A DNA stretch of 64,000 nucleotides from Candidatus Gottesmanbacteria bacterium (lineage in GTDB: Bacteria; Patescibacteriota; Microgenomatia; 2-02-FULL-39-11), in the NCBI GenBank assembly GCA_016195685.1, contig JACPZE010000044.1, positions 633 to 64,632 of the forward strand, given 5' to 3'. Under the pieces are notes generated by a model that searched no databases, was not told the DNA's origin, and saw only the letters and a program-made list of their open reading frames with translations. How positions within the stretch are numbered: position 1 is the stretch's first letter; each line of letters begins with the position of its first letter. Shown here piece by piece: positions 43,796 to 53,959 of the stretch. Position numbers and translations under genes: made by a program.

Positions 43796-45414
43796 CATCT
43801 AAGATCAGAAATTTCATCAAAAAAAATTCCATTCTGATTTTAGTATCAGTAATCTACCTCATTTTTATCACACTATACTCAGGTTTTGTTCCCATGTGGG
43901 ATGCTTGGGAATATGTAGATTATTGGATATATAGGGCAGTGAGTTTGCCTTTTAATACTTTTAACTTTGATTTTGGCAGCCACGTATCTTTCTTTTATTC
44001 CTTTCTTATAAGCATTCCGGCATACTTTGATTTCGCTAATACCTACCTACTTTATTTGTTGATAGCCTTACTTACGATTCTTTCCGCTTTTGCTTTCTAT
44101 AGTATTTTATCTTGGATTTTTCCTGGGATAAACCAAAGACCAGAATTTCATCTTCTGACCATTCTTTACTTATTTTTTCCAGTAGCCACTGCCAATATTT
44201 TCCAGATCAATCCTGACACAGGAGTAATGATTTTTTTCATCATATTCTTAGCTTTCCTTATACAGAAGAACTATTTTTGGGCATTTCTTGCTGGAACCTT
44301 TTTGGTTTTTACCAAGGAGACTGGTATGGCTCTTTATATTTTTACCTTGGTTTTGTATTCTTTATACTTGAAGTTTACAACAGGAAAATTACAGTACAGA
44401 TCTGTCAAATTGCTCAAATGGATGGCACTTTTTTCCATACCACTTGTATTGTTTGCGATAAATATATTAATTCGGATCATATGGCTAAATCGAGGTTTTC
44501 AACTCCACCGTTTTGGGTCAATAGTGAACTCTTCTGATCTGATCACCTTTTCATCTCATACTGTTTCTAGATTACCTTATTCATATTTTCTTACAATATT
44601 TGTTCTCAATTTTAATTGGATACTTTCAGCCTTTTTGTCTTTGGGAGTATTTAGTTGGGGAAGGGAATTGATCAGTACCATAAAAAAGAAAAAAAATATC
44701 AACACTTCCTCACTAGCTAATCACGGATTTATAATCACTCTTTTTTTGGGAGCCTTTTTCATAATGAATATTTATAAAACCTTTACCAATCCTCGTTATT
44801 TTCTGTCTCTATACCCCCTGATGATTGTCCTTTTTTACAAAGGATTGACTTTTATCTTTGCTGGAAGAATGCTTAGAAGGGTTGTTTTATCAGTCGTAGT
44901 TTTGATTTTATTGCTCACCAATTTCCAAACTTTAGATCCTATTTCCAAAATAATTTTTGGTACATTTAAATTTGGGAGTCATGATATGCTTCTTATGACG
45001 GGGATAACGGGGGAGTGCTGTGGATACGGAAGGGATCAGATAGTCTATAATCTGGAGTATACAAATATCCATTACCTGGTGAATAAAATATTGAAAGACA
45101 TAAAACCAGATGAAAAGACAGCGATAGCTTTCACTCCATGGGAAGGGCCTTATGTTCTTGTCCGAATGGATAAGGGTCAATACGAAAGAACGCTTAGAAA
45201 ATCCGGTATTTTGGAAATTGATAGAAACTTAGTTACATGGACCTTTGATTCTTTAACTATCAAGCCTTACAGGCTTTATTTTCTTGATTTCCCAAATAAT
45301 AACGGCAGTTTTTATTTGTCTTATTATTTAAAATATTACAATATAGAAAATATCAAAACATACGACAATTGGGGTTACCAGATGAAAGTGTATCTACTGA
45401 GATTGAAAAAGTAA
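43792..45414 (+). CDS. GT-C-like membrane protein
   Basis: PMWDA, TKETG, NPRYFL, multiple TMs; ATGA coupling to the GT2 gene. Confidence 0.7.
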   Translation: MTSKIRNFIKKNSILILVSVIYLIFITLYSGFVPMWDAWEYVDYWIYRAVSLPFNTFNFDFGSHVSFFYSFLISIPAYFDFANTYLLYLLIALLTILSAFAFYSILSWIFPGINQRPEFHLLTILYLFFPVATANIFQINPDTGVMIFFIIFLAFLIQKNYFWAFLAGTFLVFTKETGMALYIFTLVLYSLYLKFTTGKLQYRSVKLLKWMALFSIPLVLFAINILIRIIWLNRGFQLHRFGSIVNSSDLITFSSHTVSRLPYSYFLTIFVLNFNWILSAFLSLGVFSWGRELISTIKKKKNINTSSLANHGFIITLFLGAFFIMNIYKTFTNPRYFLSLYPLMIVLFYKGLTFIFAGRMLRRVVLSVVVLILLLTNFQTLDPISKIIFGTFKFGSHDMLLMTGITGECCGYGRDQIVYNLEYTNIHYLVNKILKDIKPDEKTAIAFTPWEGPYVLVRMDKGQYERTLRKSGILEIDRNLVTWTFDSLTIKPYRLYFLDFPNNNGSFYLSYYLKYYNIENIKTYDNWGYQMKVYLLRLKK

Positions 45415-45418
45415 TTTG

Positions 45419-46357
45419 TCAGTCAAAATTAATTTTTTCTCTGATAATTACAAAATATTTCCTACGGACTTGAGAATGGATAGCACCGATATATTCTCCC
45501 ATAACTCCTAGGAAAAAAAGCTGAATGCCTGCAAAAATAAAAATAAGAAATATAACGCCAGTTAATCCTGGAACTGTGACTTTCCAGTAGAAAATCTTCA
45601 ATGATAAATAGATGACTGCGCTTAAGAAACTAAGTAGTGACAAGAAAAGACCAATATAGGTACAAATACGCATAGGTAGAATAGAATAGTTAATAATTCC
45701 ATTTATGGCAAAATCTATAAGATACCGAAGAGAACTTTTGGAATGTCCTTTGCCTTTCGGCCTGGCATTCCTTTGATAGACGATTGCTTTTTTATTGAAA
45801 CCGGCTGTCGTTACAAGGCCTCTCAAATAAGGATTGTAGTCGTCAATTTTTTTTATCTCATCAACGATTATCTTATCTATAAGGCAAAAAGAACCAACAT
45901 TCAAGGGCAATTCATCAGAAGCAAGAAACCTCTCCAAACGGTAAAATATTTTTCGTGCAAAACTCAGAAGAGGATTATCTCTTGTTTTATTTCTTACTCC
46001 ATATACTAACTGATGCCCATCTTCCCAATATTTAATGAAAGTTGGTATAAGAGAAGCAGGATCCTTCATACTGCCTTCGTAAGGGATTACAGCGTCACCT
46101 GATGTGTGGATCAGGCCGGTAAATCCACTTTTCTCCGGTCCGAAGTTTCTCGAATACGACAATATCTTTACTCTTTTATCCTTTTTGGCGATGGTTTTCA
46201 GGATTGAAAGGGTAGCATCGGTGGAGCAGTTGTCCATGAAGATATGCTCATAATTGTATTTTGGAAGTTTCGAAAATGTTTTTTTAATAGCCTCATAGAC
46301 ATCCCTGACAAGGAGTTCTTCATTGAATACTCCAGTTACTACAGATATTTTCTTCAT
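45419..46357 (-). CDS. GT2 glycosyltransferase (GtrB-like)
   Basis: FNEE, DNCSTD, SRNFG, two C-terminal TMs, LGVMGEYIG. Confidence 0.9.
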   Translation of the reverse strand: MKKISVVTGVFNEELLVRDVYEAIKKTFSKLPKYNYEHIFMDNCSTDATLSILKTIAKKDKRVKILSYSRNFGPEKSGFTGLIHTSGDAVIPYEGSMKDPASLIPTFIKYWEDGHQLVYGVRNKTRDNPLLSFARKIFYRLERFLASDELPLNVGSFCLIDKIIVDEIKKIDDYNPYLRGLVTTAGFNKKAIVYQRNARPKGKGHSKSSLRYLIDFAINGIINYSILPMRICTYIGLFLSLLSFLSAVIYLSLKIFYWKVTVPGLTGVIFLIFIFAGIQLFFLGVMGEYIGAIHSQVRRKYFVIIREKINFD

Positions 46358-46359
46358 AT

Positions 46360-47421
46360 TTATGATATTAAATCCCAACTTAAAGGAGTGCCTCTTTTTA
46401 TGAACTTTTGAGCTTTCTTACCCAGAATTTTATCATAATATTTTGGAGCTAGGCCAAAACCAGGACGTATCGACCTTATATTCTTTTTTGTTAAACGTCC
46501 ACCTTTTTTTATATCTTCAACTGCAAACAGGGATCGGCTGAATGGACGGCTTTTATTATACTTTTCCTTTCCGACAACTGATGGGTTACCCAATGCTTGC
46601 TCTACCTGCCTGATGCTTTTAACCATTGATTTGAATTCTTTAAAATCCAGCGAAAATGGTGAATCCGGCCCGCCTAATTTCTTATCGAGGATAAAATGTT
46701 TCTCGATTACCCGGGCCCCTAAGGTAACTGCCGCCACAGGAACATTTATGCCTAAAGTATGGTCAGAAAGGCCCACTAATGTTTTTAGTTTTTCACGCAT
46801 TGTAGTAATTGCTGAAAGATTAGTATTTTTAAATGGTGTCGGATAAAGTGATGTACATTTGAGGAATACAAGTTTATTATTGCCATTTCTCATAAATATT
46901 TTCTTAATCTTATAAAGATCATCAAGGTCTGTGAGGCCAGAAGATATAAACACGGGTTTTTTCTTGGCAGCAACATAATTTACAAAATAAGGATCGACAG
47001 CTTCAAAAGAAGAGATTTTAAATACAGGCACATCCATCTTATCCAAAAAATCTGTAGCCGTCTCATCAAATGGGGTAGAGAAAAGGATGAGACCCAAATC
47101 TTGTGCGATCTTTTGAAGTTTTGGATGCCATTCCCAGGGTGTATAGGCTTCTTTATAAAGGTCATATAATGTTTTGCCGTACCAAAGAGAACCAGATTTA
47201 ATCCGGAAATATTTGTTATTCTCATTGATAGTTAGAGTATCGGCTGTATAGGTTTGCAATTTCACTGCGTCAGCTCCGCTATCTTTTATCGCTTTAAGAG
47301 TTTTGACGGCAATATCAAAGTTATGGTTATGGTTACCTGAGAGTTCAGCGACAATAAATACAGGAGAATGGTCGCCGATTTTTTTATTGCCTATTTTTAT
47401 TTGGAGGGAAAATGGATTCAT
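46360..47421 (-). CDS. pseI: Pseudaminic acid synthase
   Basis: IVAELSGNHN, AVKLQTYTADTLT, AYTPWEWH, GLSDHTLG, IEKHF, SAF domain. Confidence 0.92.
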   Translation of the reverse strand: MNPFSLQIKIGNKKIGDHSPVFIVAELSGNHNHNFDIAVKTLKAIKDSGADAVKLQTYTADTLTINENNKYFRIKSGSLWYGKTLYDLYKEAYTPWEWHPKLQKIAQDLGLILFSTPFDETATDFLDKMDVPVFKISSFEAVDPYFVNYVAAKKKPVFISSGLTDLDDLYKIKKIFMRNGNNKLVFLKCTSLYPTPFKNTNLSAITTMREKLKTLVGLSDHTLGINVPVAAVTLGARVIEKHFILDKKLGGPDSPFSLDFKEFKSMVKSIRQVEQALGNPSVVGKEKYNKSRPFSRSLFAVEDIKKGGRLTKKNIRSIRPGFGLAPKYYDKILGKKAQKFIKRGTPLSWDLIS

Positions 47422-47995
47422 ACTTTTTTAACAAGTCCTTAACCCCAATATTCCAACTTGGGGAAATTAGTGAACGAATTTTATCAAAATCCCTAAGTGT
47501 ATGTATACTACCTTTGTCTTTTTGTTTTTGTGGTTTTATTTCAAACTTTCTTATTTCATCCCAATTCTTTATGAATAAATTCTGTAATTCTTCATGCAGC
47601 TTCAAATAAGATGATTGAAGCGTCTCTTTTGCTGAATGAAAATTGACACTCTTTTGTACTAGTATATCGCCAGTATCCAGTCCTTTATCAATCAGATGAA
47701 TTGTAACCCCCTTGGGAGTCTTTTTGAGAAAGCTCCAAAGGTTAGGATGTGCACCACGGTTCCAAGGGAGGTAAGAAATATGCAAGTTGATTGTTTTTCC
47801 GAAAATCAGATTCAAAATATCTTCGGGTATGATATACTTGTAGTTGTAACTGATCACAATATCGGGTTTAAATCTTACAATATCAGTCTTTTTGATCTTT
47901 GCTTCTAGAACCTTTACTGTATTATTTTCTTTTTCCCAAAGCCATTTGATGAGTGGATCAGGAATGATACCATTCTTGAGAAAAAGAATTTTCAT
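47384..47995 (-). CDS. Sugar N-formyltransferase
   Basis: INLHISYLPWNRGAHPNLWS, GVTIH.ID.GLDTGDI. Confidence 0.88.
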   Translation of the reverse strand: MKILFLKNGIIPDPLIKWLWEKENNTVKVLEAKIKKTDIVRFKPDIVISYNYKYIIPEDILNLIFGKTINLHISYLPWNRGAHPNLWSFLKKTPKGVTIHLIDKGLDTGDILVQKSVNFHSAKETLQSSYLKLHEELQNLFIKNWDEIRKFEIKPQKQKDKGSIHTLRDFDKIRSLISPSWNIGVKDLLKKYESIFPPNKNRQ

Positions 47996-47998
47996 AGA

Positions 47999-49141
47999 TC
48001 AATATAATTCCTTGATATGTTTAATAACCTTTTGAACGTCCCTATTTGTCATCTTGGGATAGAGGGGAAGAGATAAGCATCTTTTATAATAGCTCTCACA
48101 TTGAGGATAATCTTTCTCCCTAAAGCCGAAATTCTTCTGGTAATAAGGCTGAAGATAGACAGGAATATAGTGAACTTGAGTACCAATACCATTTTCGAAA
48201 AGATATTCCATAACCTGTTTTCTGGTTTTCCCGATCTTTTGGAAGTCAAAAAGAGCCACGTACAGATGGAATACAGAATTTACTCCTTCTTCTTCATATG
48301 GACTTTTAAGCCAAGATAAATTATTAAAGTGCTTATTATAAGTTTCAACAATTTCTTTTCGCCTTTGGATGAACTTACGGATCTTTTTTAGTTGTGATAA
48401 GCCTAATGCCGCTTGGAAATCAGTCATGCGAAAGTTGTATCCTAATTCCTGCATTTCATAATACCATGGGCCGGGATTCTGGTTTAAAAAATTTTCTTCT
48501 TTTTCTATGCCATGGTTTCTGAGCTTTTTTAGCCTCTCATACAGCTTACGATTATTTGTGGTGATTATTCCGCCTTCTCCTGTGGTTATAGTTTTTACAG
48601 GATGAAAGGAAAAGGTTGTTAGATCAGAATAACAGCAGCTCCCCACCATTTTGCCATTTTTATACTTGCTGCCTAGAGCATGTGCTGCGTCTTCGATCAC
48701 AAAGAGCCCATGTTTGTTAGCTATTGTGTTGATTCTATCCATATCTGCCGGTTGACCAGCAAAATCCACAGGGATTACAACTTTTGTTTTTGAGGTAAGT
48801 TGCTTTTTAATTTCCTGGGGATGAATGTTGTAAGTCTTTGCATCGATATCAGCAAATACTGGTTGGATCCCGTTATAAAGAAATGCATTGGAAGAAGCTA
48901 CAAACGTATTTGGTGAAGTAATACCCTCCGAACCTTTTTCTATATCAAGCGCCAAGACGGCTAAATGAAGAGCCGCCGTCCCATTGGCTACAGCAACAGC
49001 ATATTTTGCATTCACAAACATAGCAAATTCATTTTCGAACCGAGCAATAAGAGGTCCAGTTGTCAAAAAAGGGGATTTAAGAACCTGAATAACTGACTTT
49101 ATGTCCGTGTTATCAATCCATTGAGATCCATAGGGAATCAT
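47999..49141 (-). CDS. pseC: PseC aminotransferase
   Basis: MIPYG.QWID..DI, SFHPVK.ITTGEGG, WYYEMQELGYN.R. Confidence 0.9.
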   Translation of the reverse strand: MIPYGSQWIDNTDIKSVIQVLKSPFLTTGPLIARFENEFAMFVNAKYAVAVANGTAALHLAVLALDIEKGSEGITSPNTFVASSNAFLYNGIQPVFADIDAKTYNIHPQEIKKQLTSKTKVVIPVDFAGQPADMDRINTIANKHGLFVIEDAAHALGSKYKNGKMVGSCCYSDLTTFSFHPVKTITTGEGGIITTNNRKLYERLKKLRNHGIEKEENFLNQNPGPWYYEMQELGYNFRMTDFQAALGLSQLKKIRKFIQRRKEIVETYNKHFNNLSWLKSPYEEEGVNSVFHLYVALFDFQKIGKTRKQVMEYLFENGIGTQVHYIPVYLQPYYQKNFGFREKDYPQCESYYKRCLSLPLYPKMTNRDVQKVIKHIKELY

Positions 49142-49142
49142 A

Positions 49143-50150
49143 TTAGATATCTTTAATCATCCGTTGCAATTTTTTTATTGTTAACCACCTGGGATTGTTA
49201 TTGCTGGAAAAATAAGGTTCTGTCATTTTTCTGCTTCTTTTCCAAAGAGGATTTACCGGTTCATGGAATAGATTTGAGGGACGGATAATATACATATCTT
49301 TTTGTTCATAAGTATTTCTTGCTTCATCTTCCGATATTAGCAATTCGTGGATTTTTTCACCGGGTCTAATACCAATAACTTTTATTTTACACTTCGGAGC
49401 CACCGATTTGGCCAGATCCATAATTTTCATGCTGGGAATCCTGGGTACAAATACTTCACCTCCACACATCAGTTCAATAGCTTTAATAACAAACCAGACA
49501 CCCTCATCCAGCGTGATCCAAAATCTGATCATTTTTTCATCAGTAATGGTAATCTCTCCATTTTTTTTCTGATGGTTAAATAATGAAACTACGCTTCCTC
49601 GACTTCCGATTACATTACCGTATCTGACGCAGGCAAATTTTGTGCCGAATTTTAGATCCGAATAATTATTACCCTGAATAAAGAGTTTTTCGGCTACCAG
49701 TTTGGTTGCTCCGTATAGATTGATGGGGTTAACTGCTTTATCGGTACTGATTATAATCGCCTTTTTTACACCTCTGTCGATTGCTACATTTATTATATTC
49801 TCAGCCCCTCCGATATTCGTTTTTACTACCTCAATAGGGTTGTATTCACTGGCTTCAACTTGTTTTAGAGCAGCTGCATGTATAACAATATCTACCTTAA
49901 CCATCGCTCTGTTTAATCTATCTTTGTCTCTTATATCGCCGATGAAATACCGCAGCCTCGGATCAGTAAATCCACCCATGGTCCTCATTTCTTCCTGCTT
50001 TAGCTCATCCCGGCTAAATATAACAAGACGCTTGACTTTATATTCCTCAAGAACGATCTGCACAAATCTTTTACCGAACGATCCGGTTCCTCCAGTGACC
50101 AGTATGGTTTTGCCATTCAGATAGCTTTTCTTGCGTGTTAGCTGCTTCAT
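49143..50150 (-). CDS. pseB: UDP-GlcNAc 4,6-dehydratase (inverting)
   Basis: TGGTGSFG, SRDELKQ, HAAALKQV, STDKAVNPINLYGATK, RYGNVIGSRGSV. Confidence 0.93.
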   Translation of the reverse strand: MKQLTRKKSYLNGKTILVTGGTGSFGKRFVQIVLEEYKVKRLVIFSRDELKQEEMRTMGGFTDPRLRYFIGDIRDKDRLNRAMVKVDIVIHAAALKQVEASEYNPIEVVKTNIGGAENIINVAIDRGVKKAIIISTDKAVNPINLYGATKLVAEKLFIQGNNYSDLKFGTKFACVRYGNVIGSRGSVVSLFNHQKKNGEITITDEKMIRFWITLDEGVWFVIKAIELMCGGEVFVPRIPSMKIMDLAKSVAPKCKIKVIGIRPGEKIHELLISEDEARNTYEQKDMYIIRPSNLFHEPVNPLWKRSRKMTEPYFSSNNNPRWLTIKKLQRMIKDI

Positions 50151-50830
50151 GTATATTTGTGAAATATTACCTGATATGAATGTATTTTAAATTGATTCTT
50201 TAGGTAGAAATTCAATGCTATAATATTTTCTGCCTGAGTACCGGTATAAAAATTGGAAGTCCTATACTTCTCTATCATGTAAGATATGAGTAGGGAACCG
50301 ATTCCCTTATTTTGAAACTTTGCGTCAACGCCAATAAGATCAATGCTGTAGGAAGCATTATTCCTCTTAATTGTCAAAAATGCAATAATTAGCTTTTTGT
50401 ATCTTATAAAGACATAATCATCAGCGTATCCTGAAAGAATAGAGTTTAAGATCCACTGCTTATAAATTTTTTTTGCATATTTTCTGATACGCAAATCTTT
50501 GTTGAATCTGCTGTTTTTGGCAATTATTGAAGATACATTATAGATATTATTCCAGTCTTCTTTTGTTACTTCTTTGTCTAAAATATATTCCTTAGGAAAC
50601 TTAAAATGCTTTAATTGATTGTTCTTGTTTCTTTTCAGCACAACTCTACTGCTTATATATCGGAAATCCAGTTTATGGCACAGATTAATAAGTTCCAGGT
50701 TGAAGTCAAAACAATATGAGTAGACTGCATTCTTTTGGAATCTTATGTTTTGGCGCAATATATTTATATTAAAGAAGTCTCTCCCGATAACTTTTGATAG
50801 AAATAAGTCTTCTTTTAAAGTCGTTTTCAT
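50147..50830 (-). CDS. GNAT sugar N-acetyltransferase (WecD-like)
   Basis: SRF..D, Y..WI.NS, IDLIGV....Q.KGIG, GTQ.EN..ALNFY. Confidence 0.8.
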   Translation of the reverse strand: MKTTLKEDLFLSKVIGRDFFNINILRQNIRFQKNAVYSYCFDFNLELINLCHKLDFRYISSRVVLKRNKNNQLKHFKFPKEYILDKEVTKEDWNNIYNVSSIIAKNSRFNKDLRIRKYAKKIYKQWILNSILSGYADDYVFIRYKKLIIAFLTIKRNNASYSIDLIGVDAKFQNKGIGSLLISYMIEKYRTSNFYTGTQAENIIALNFYLKNQFKIHSYQVIFHKYT

Positions 50831-50831
50831 A

Positions 50832-51974
50832 TTAATTTTTACTCTTAAATATATTTTTAATTACCTTTATAACCTGCCATGTTTCTTTTATACCCATGAC
50901 AGCATTAAAGGGTAAGGATAGACAATCCTTGTAAGCAGTTTCGCAATTGGGAAATTCACTATTTTTGACGAGGAGTTCTTTATATAGCGTAAACTTATAA
51001 ACAGGGATAAAATGGACGCTGCAGACGATATTTTTCTTTTTCATTATTTCAATAAAATCATCCCTTTTTATTTTTTTTGATTTTATTTTTATTACAAAAA
51101 GATGTCTGAATGGGAAAGAATATGCATTCCCGCTTAAAATTTCTATTCCTTTAATCTCTGATAGTCCTTCTTTATATAATTGATAAATAATATCTCTTCT
51201 CCTTTTGAGTATATTGATTCGACCCAACTGGGCAATCCCTAGTGTTGCCTGGAGATCAGTCATGTTGTATTTGAAACCTAGTTTGTCAACGTCATATTTC
51301 CAAGAGCCAGTTGTTGAGTACCTTTTCCAAGCGTTTCCTTTGTTTATTCCATGGAGAGATAGCGAAAGTGCTTTTTTATAGACATTCTCATCGTTTGTTA
51401 CTAAAGCGCCACCCTCACCGGTGGTAATATTTTTGGTTGGATAAAAACTGAAACAGCAAAATCTACTACTTCTGCCTATAAATCTATTTCTATATTTTGA
51501 TCCAAATGCATGAGCTGCGTCTTCAATGAGAGTAAGATTATATTTTTTGCAGAGTAAACTAAGTTTATCCAGGTTGGCACTAAAACCTGCATAATGGACC
51601 GGCAAAATTGCTTTTGTCTTCTTAGTGATTTTGCTTTCGATTTTGTCTTCATCAATCACAAAATCTTGTGGTTTGATATCGACAAATACAGGTTTTGCAC
51701 GAAGATATAAAATTGTGTTGATTGTTGAAACAAACGTAAAAGGTGTAGTTATAACTTCATCACCTGCTTTTATACCAGCACAGATAAGAGCAAGATGAAG
51801 GGCTGATGTACAGGAGTTTAGGCATAAACAAAATTCCGAACCGATATATTGGTTGATTAAACTTTCCAAATTTTTAGTTTGACTTCCGGTTGTTAGCCAA
51901 CCACTGTTAAGTACTTTAGTTACATTATTTATTTCCTTATTGGTAATTGATGGGGTGGCAAAGTTAATTGTCAT
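50832..51974 (-). CDS. DegT/DnrJ sugar aminotransferase
   Basis: SGWLTTG, IEDAAHA, SFYPTKNITTGEGG. Confidence 0.9.
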   Translation of the reverse strand: MTINFATPSITNKEINNVTKVLNSGWLTTGSQTKNLESLINQYIGSEFCLCLNSCTSALHLALICAGIKAGDEVITTPFTFVSTINTILYLRAKPVFVDIKPQDFVIDEDKIESKITKKTKAILPVHYAGFSANLDKLSLLCKKYNLTLIEDAAHAFGSKYRNRFIGRSSRFCCFSFYPTKNITTGEGGALVTNDENVYKKALSLSLHGINKGNAWKRYSTTGSWKYDVDKLGFKYNMTDLQATLGIAQLGRINILKRRRDIIYQLYKEGLSEIKGIEILSGNAYSFPFRHLFVIKIKSKKIKRDDFIEIMKKKNIVCSVHFIPVYKFTLYKELLVKNSEFPNCETAYKDCLSLPFNAVMGIKETWQVIKVIKNIFKSKN

Positions 51975-52956
51975 TTTTTTGATGTTTATAAAGGTATTTT
52001 ACGTTGTAATATTTATCTTCGAGATAGTTGATATTCTTTCGTTTCAATTCTTTTATAATTTCTTTTATGCCATAGTCTAAATTATATTTAGGTATGAATC
52101 CTAGTGAATTTTTCACCTTATCAAAAGAAACCCGGTAATTTCTAATATCACTTCCAACATCTTTGAAATGGATCGTAATACCTTTAATATATTTTTCCAT
52201 GTGCTTGACTATATCCTTTATCTGAATATTTAAAGCATTGCCTCCGATATTTAAAATTTCTTTCGAAGTATGGCCAGATTTGTCAGATATAATTAATTTT
52301 ATAGCACGAGCGACATCGCCAACATGTATGATAGGTCGCCACTGATCGCCGTTTATTATGTCTATTTGTTTTGTATAGAAAGCTTGAGTAGTAAGAAAGT
52401 TGACGACAAGGTCAAATCTAACCCGCTTTGACCATCCAAATACTGTCGCCAGTCTTAATATGACGTAGTCTAAGTCCGGACTTAAGTTTTTTCTTATAAG
52501 CTCTTCCGACATAACCCGGGTTTTTGCATATAATGATAGTGGATTGAGTCTGGATCCTTCATTTAGAAGATTACTATCAGCTCCGTAGACGCTACAAGAT
52601 GAGGCAAAGATAATGCGTCTTATTTTATACTGATTACAAAGTCGCACCAGAAGATTTGTTGAATGAAAATTAGTTGAAAGGGTTTGATCCTCATTGAGTG
52701 CACAGGCAGGATCTCCAACGATTGCAGCCAATGCAATAACAGTATCTATCCCTCTTAAGGCTTTCACCATATCTATAATGTTGCAGATGTCCCCCTTAAT
52801 AATTGTCAGTCTTTTATTTCTTTTGAAATCATCAAGCGAATGTTTCTCATATATAAATGAATCCAACACGGTAACTTTATGTTTGGTCGATAAGAGCAAT
52901 AACTTAACGAGGTGGTATCCTATATAACCTCCACCTCCAGTAATAAGGATATTCAT
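51964..52956 (-). CDS. NAD-dependent epimerase/dehydratase
   Basis: GGGGYIG, LAAIVGDPAC, YAKTR, RFDLVVN. Confidence 0.9.
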   Translation of the reverse strand: MNILITGGGGYIGYHLVKLLLLSTKHKVTVLDSFIYEKHSLDDFKRNKRLTIIKGDICNIIDMVKALRGIDTVIALAAIVGDPACALNEDQTLSTNFHSTNLLVRLCNQYKIRRIIFASSCSVYGADSNLLNEGSRLNPLSLYAKTRVMSEELIRKNLSPDLDYVILRLATVFGWSKRVRFDLVVNFLTTQAFYTKQIDIINGDQWRPIIHVGDVARAIKLIISDKSGHTSKEILNIGGNALNIQIKDIVKHMEKYIKGITIHFKDVGSDIRNYRVSFDKVKNSLGFIPKYNLDYGIKEIIKELKRKNINYLEDKYYNVKYLYKHQKNDN

Positions 52957-52957
52957 A

Positions 52958-53959
52958 TCAGTTGAGGATAGAATATTTTTTCAAAACAAATTCTACTATT
53001 CTTTTGCTTCCTTTGCCATCGACCAGTTTCCTTCCAATTCTTGATTTTTCTAATCTTAAGTTGTAACTATCCATTTTGCTTATAAGAGAATTAAGCCTAG
53101 TCAAAATATTTTTATCATTCCATGATCCAGCATGTTCTATGAATCTAGCTTGTTTCCATCCGGAAATATTGTTCTCCTGATTATTCACAATCGTGATTGA
53201 TATCGTAGGTGCGCCGATTCTGGCCAGTTCATATAAGGTTTGACCACCAGCAGAAATGACAATATCAGCGTCAAGAAACATATTTTTCAATATCTCCCCA
53301 GTTGGATAATAAAGTATGCTGGTATATCTGTCTTGAACATCTTCAATCTGTTTAATATTATTAAATGCTCTACCTACAACCACAGTTTTTCTGATATCAG
53401 GATAAGATACTGATAATGACTTTAGGATTTTTGACGTCATGTTTCTTAGGTCTGATCCGCCGAATGTGATTAAAATATGCCCAATTTTCTTCCTGATAGT
53501 TTTTCTTGGTATATACCAGAAGGCTTTCGTAAGAGGGAGAAACTGGCTTCCGAGCAAATAAAAACTGTCTCGGCGTTTATTTATTTTGAATTTCTGGGCA
53601 TAAAGAGTACGGTTGATTAGAATAGATCTAGGGTAAGGAAGTCTTAGCGTATCATCAATATAAACAGGGATTTTCACGAGTGAAGACACGTACTGATAAA
53701 ATTGAAGTGGTGCTTTGACAGAATCAATTACAACGATATCTGATTTAGAAATGATCTTTCGTGATTCTTCTTTTCTCACAACCCAATCGATTATCCTATG
53801 GTTATAACGTTTGATAATTTTAGCACTTTCATGGTCACAATTGGCATACATTGCCAAATCTGCTTTTTTATCTTCAAAAGCTTGGTATAGGGCTATACAT
53901 CTGATGATATGGCCTAATCCAAGACGGTTATTCCCTTCAGTAAAAATTGCAATTTTCAT
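52958..53959 (-). CDS. pseG: PseG-like UDP-sugar hydrolase
   Basis: GLGHIIRC, ILITFGGSD, ISAGGQTLYELA, VDGKGSKRI. Confidence 0.8.
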   Translation of the reverse strand: MKIAIFTEGNNRLGLGHIIRCIALYQAFEDKKADLAMYANCDHESAKIIKRYNHRIIDWVVRKEESRKIISKSDIVVIDSVKAPLQFYQYVSSLVKIPVYIDDTLRLPYPRSILINRTLYAQKFKINKRRDSFYLLGSQFLPLTKAFWYIPRKTIRKKIGHILITFGGSDLRNMTSKILKSLSVSYPDIRKTVVVGRAFNNIKQIEDVQDRYTSILYYPTGEILKNMFLDADIVISAGGQTLYELARIGAPTISITIVNNQENNISGWKQARFIEHAGSWNDKNILTRLNSLISKMDSYNLRLEKSRIGRKLVDGKGSKRIVEFVLKKYSILN

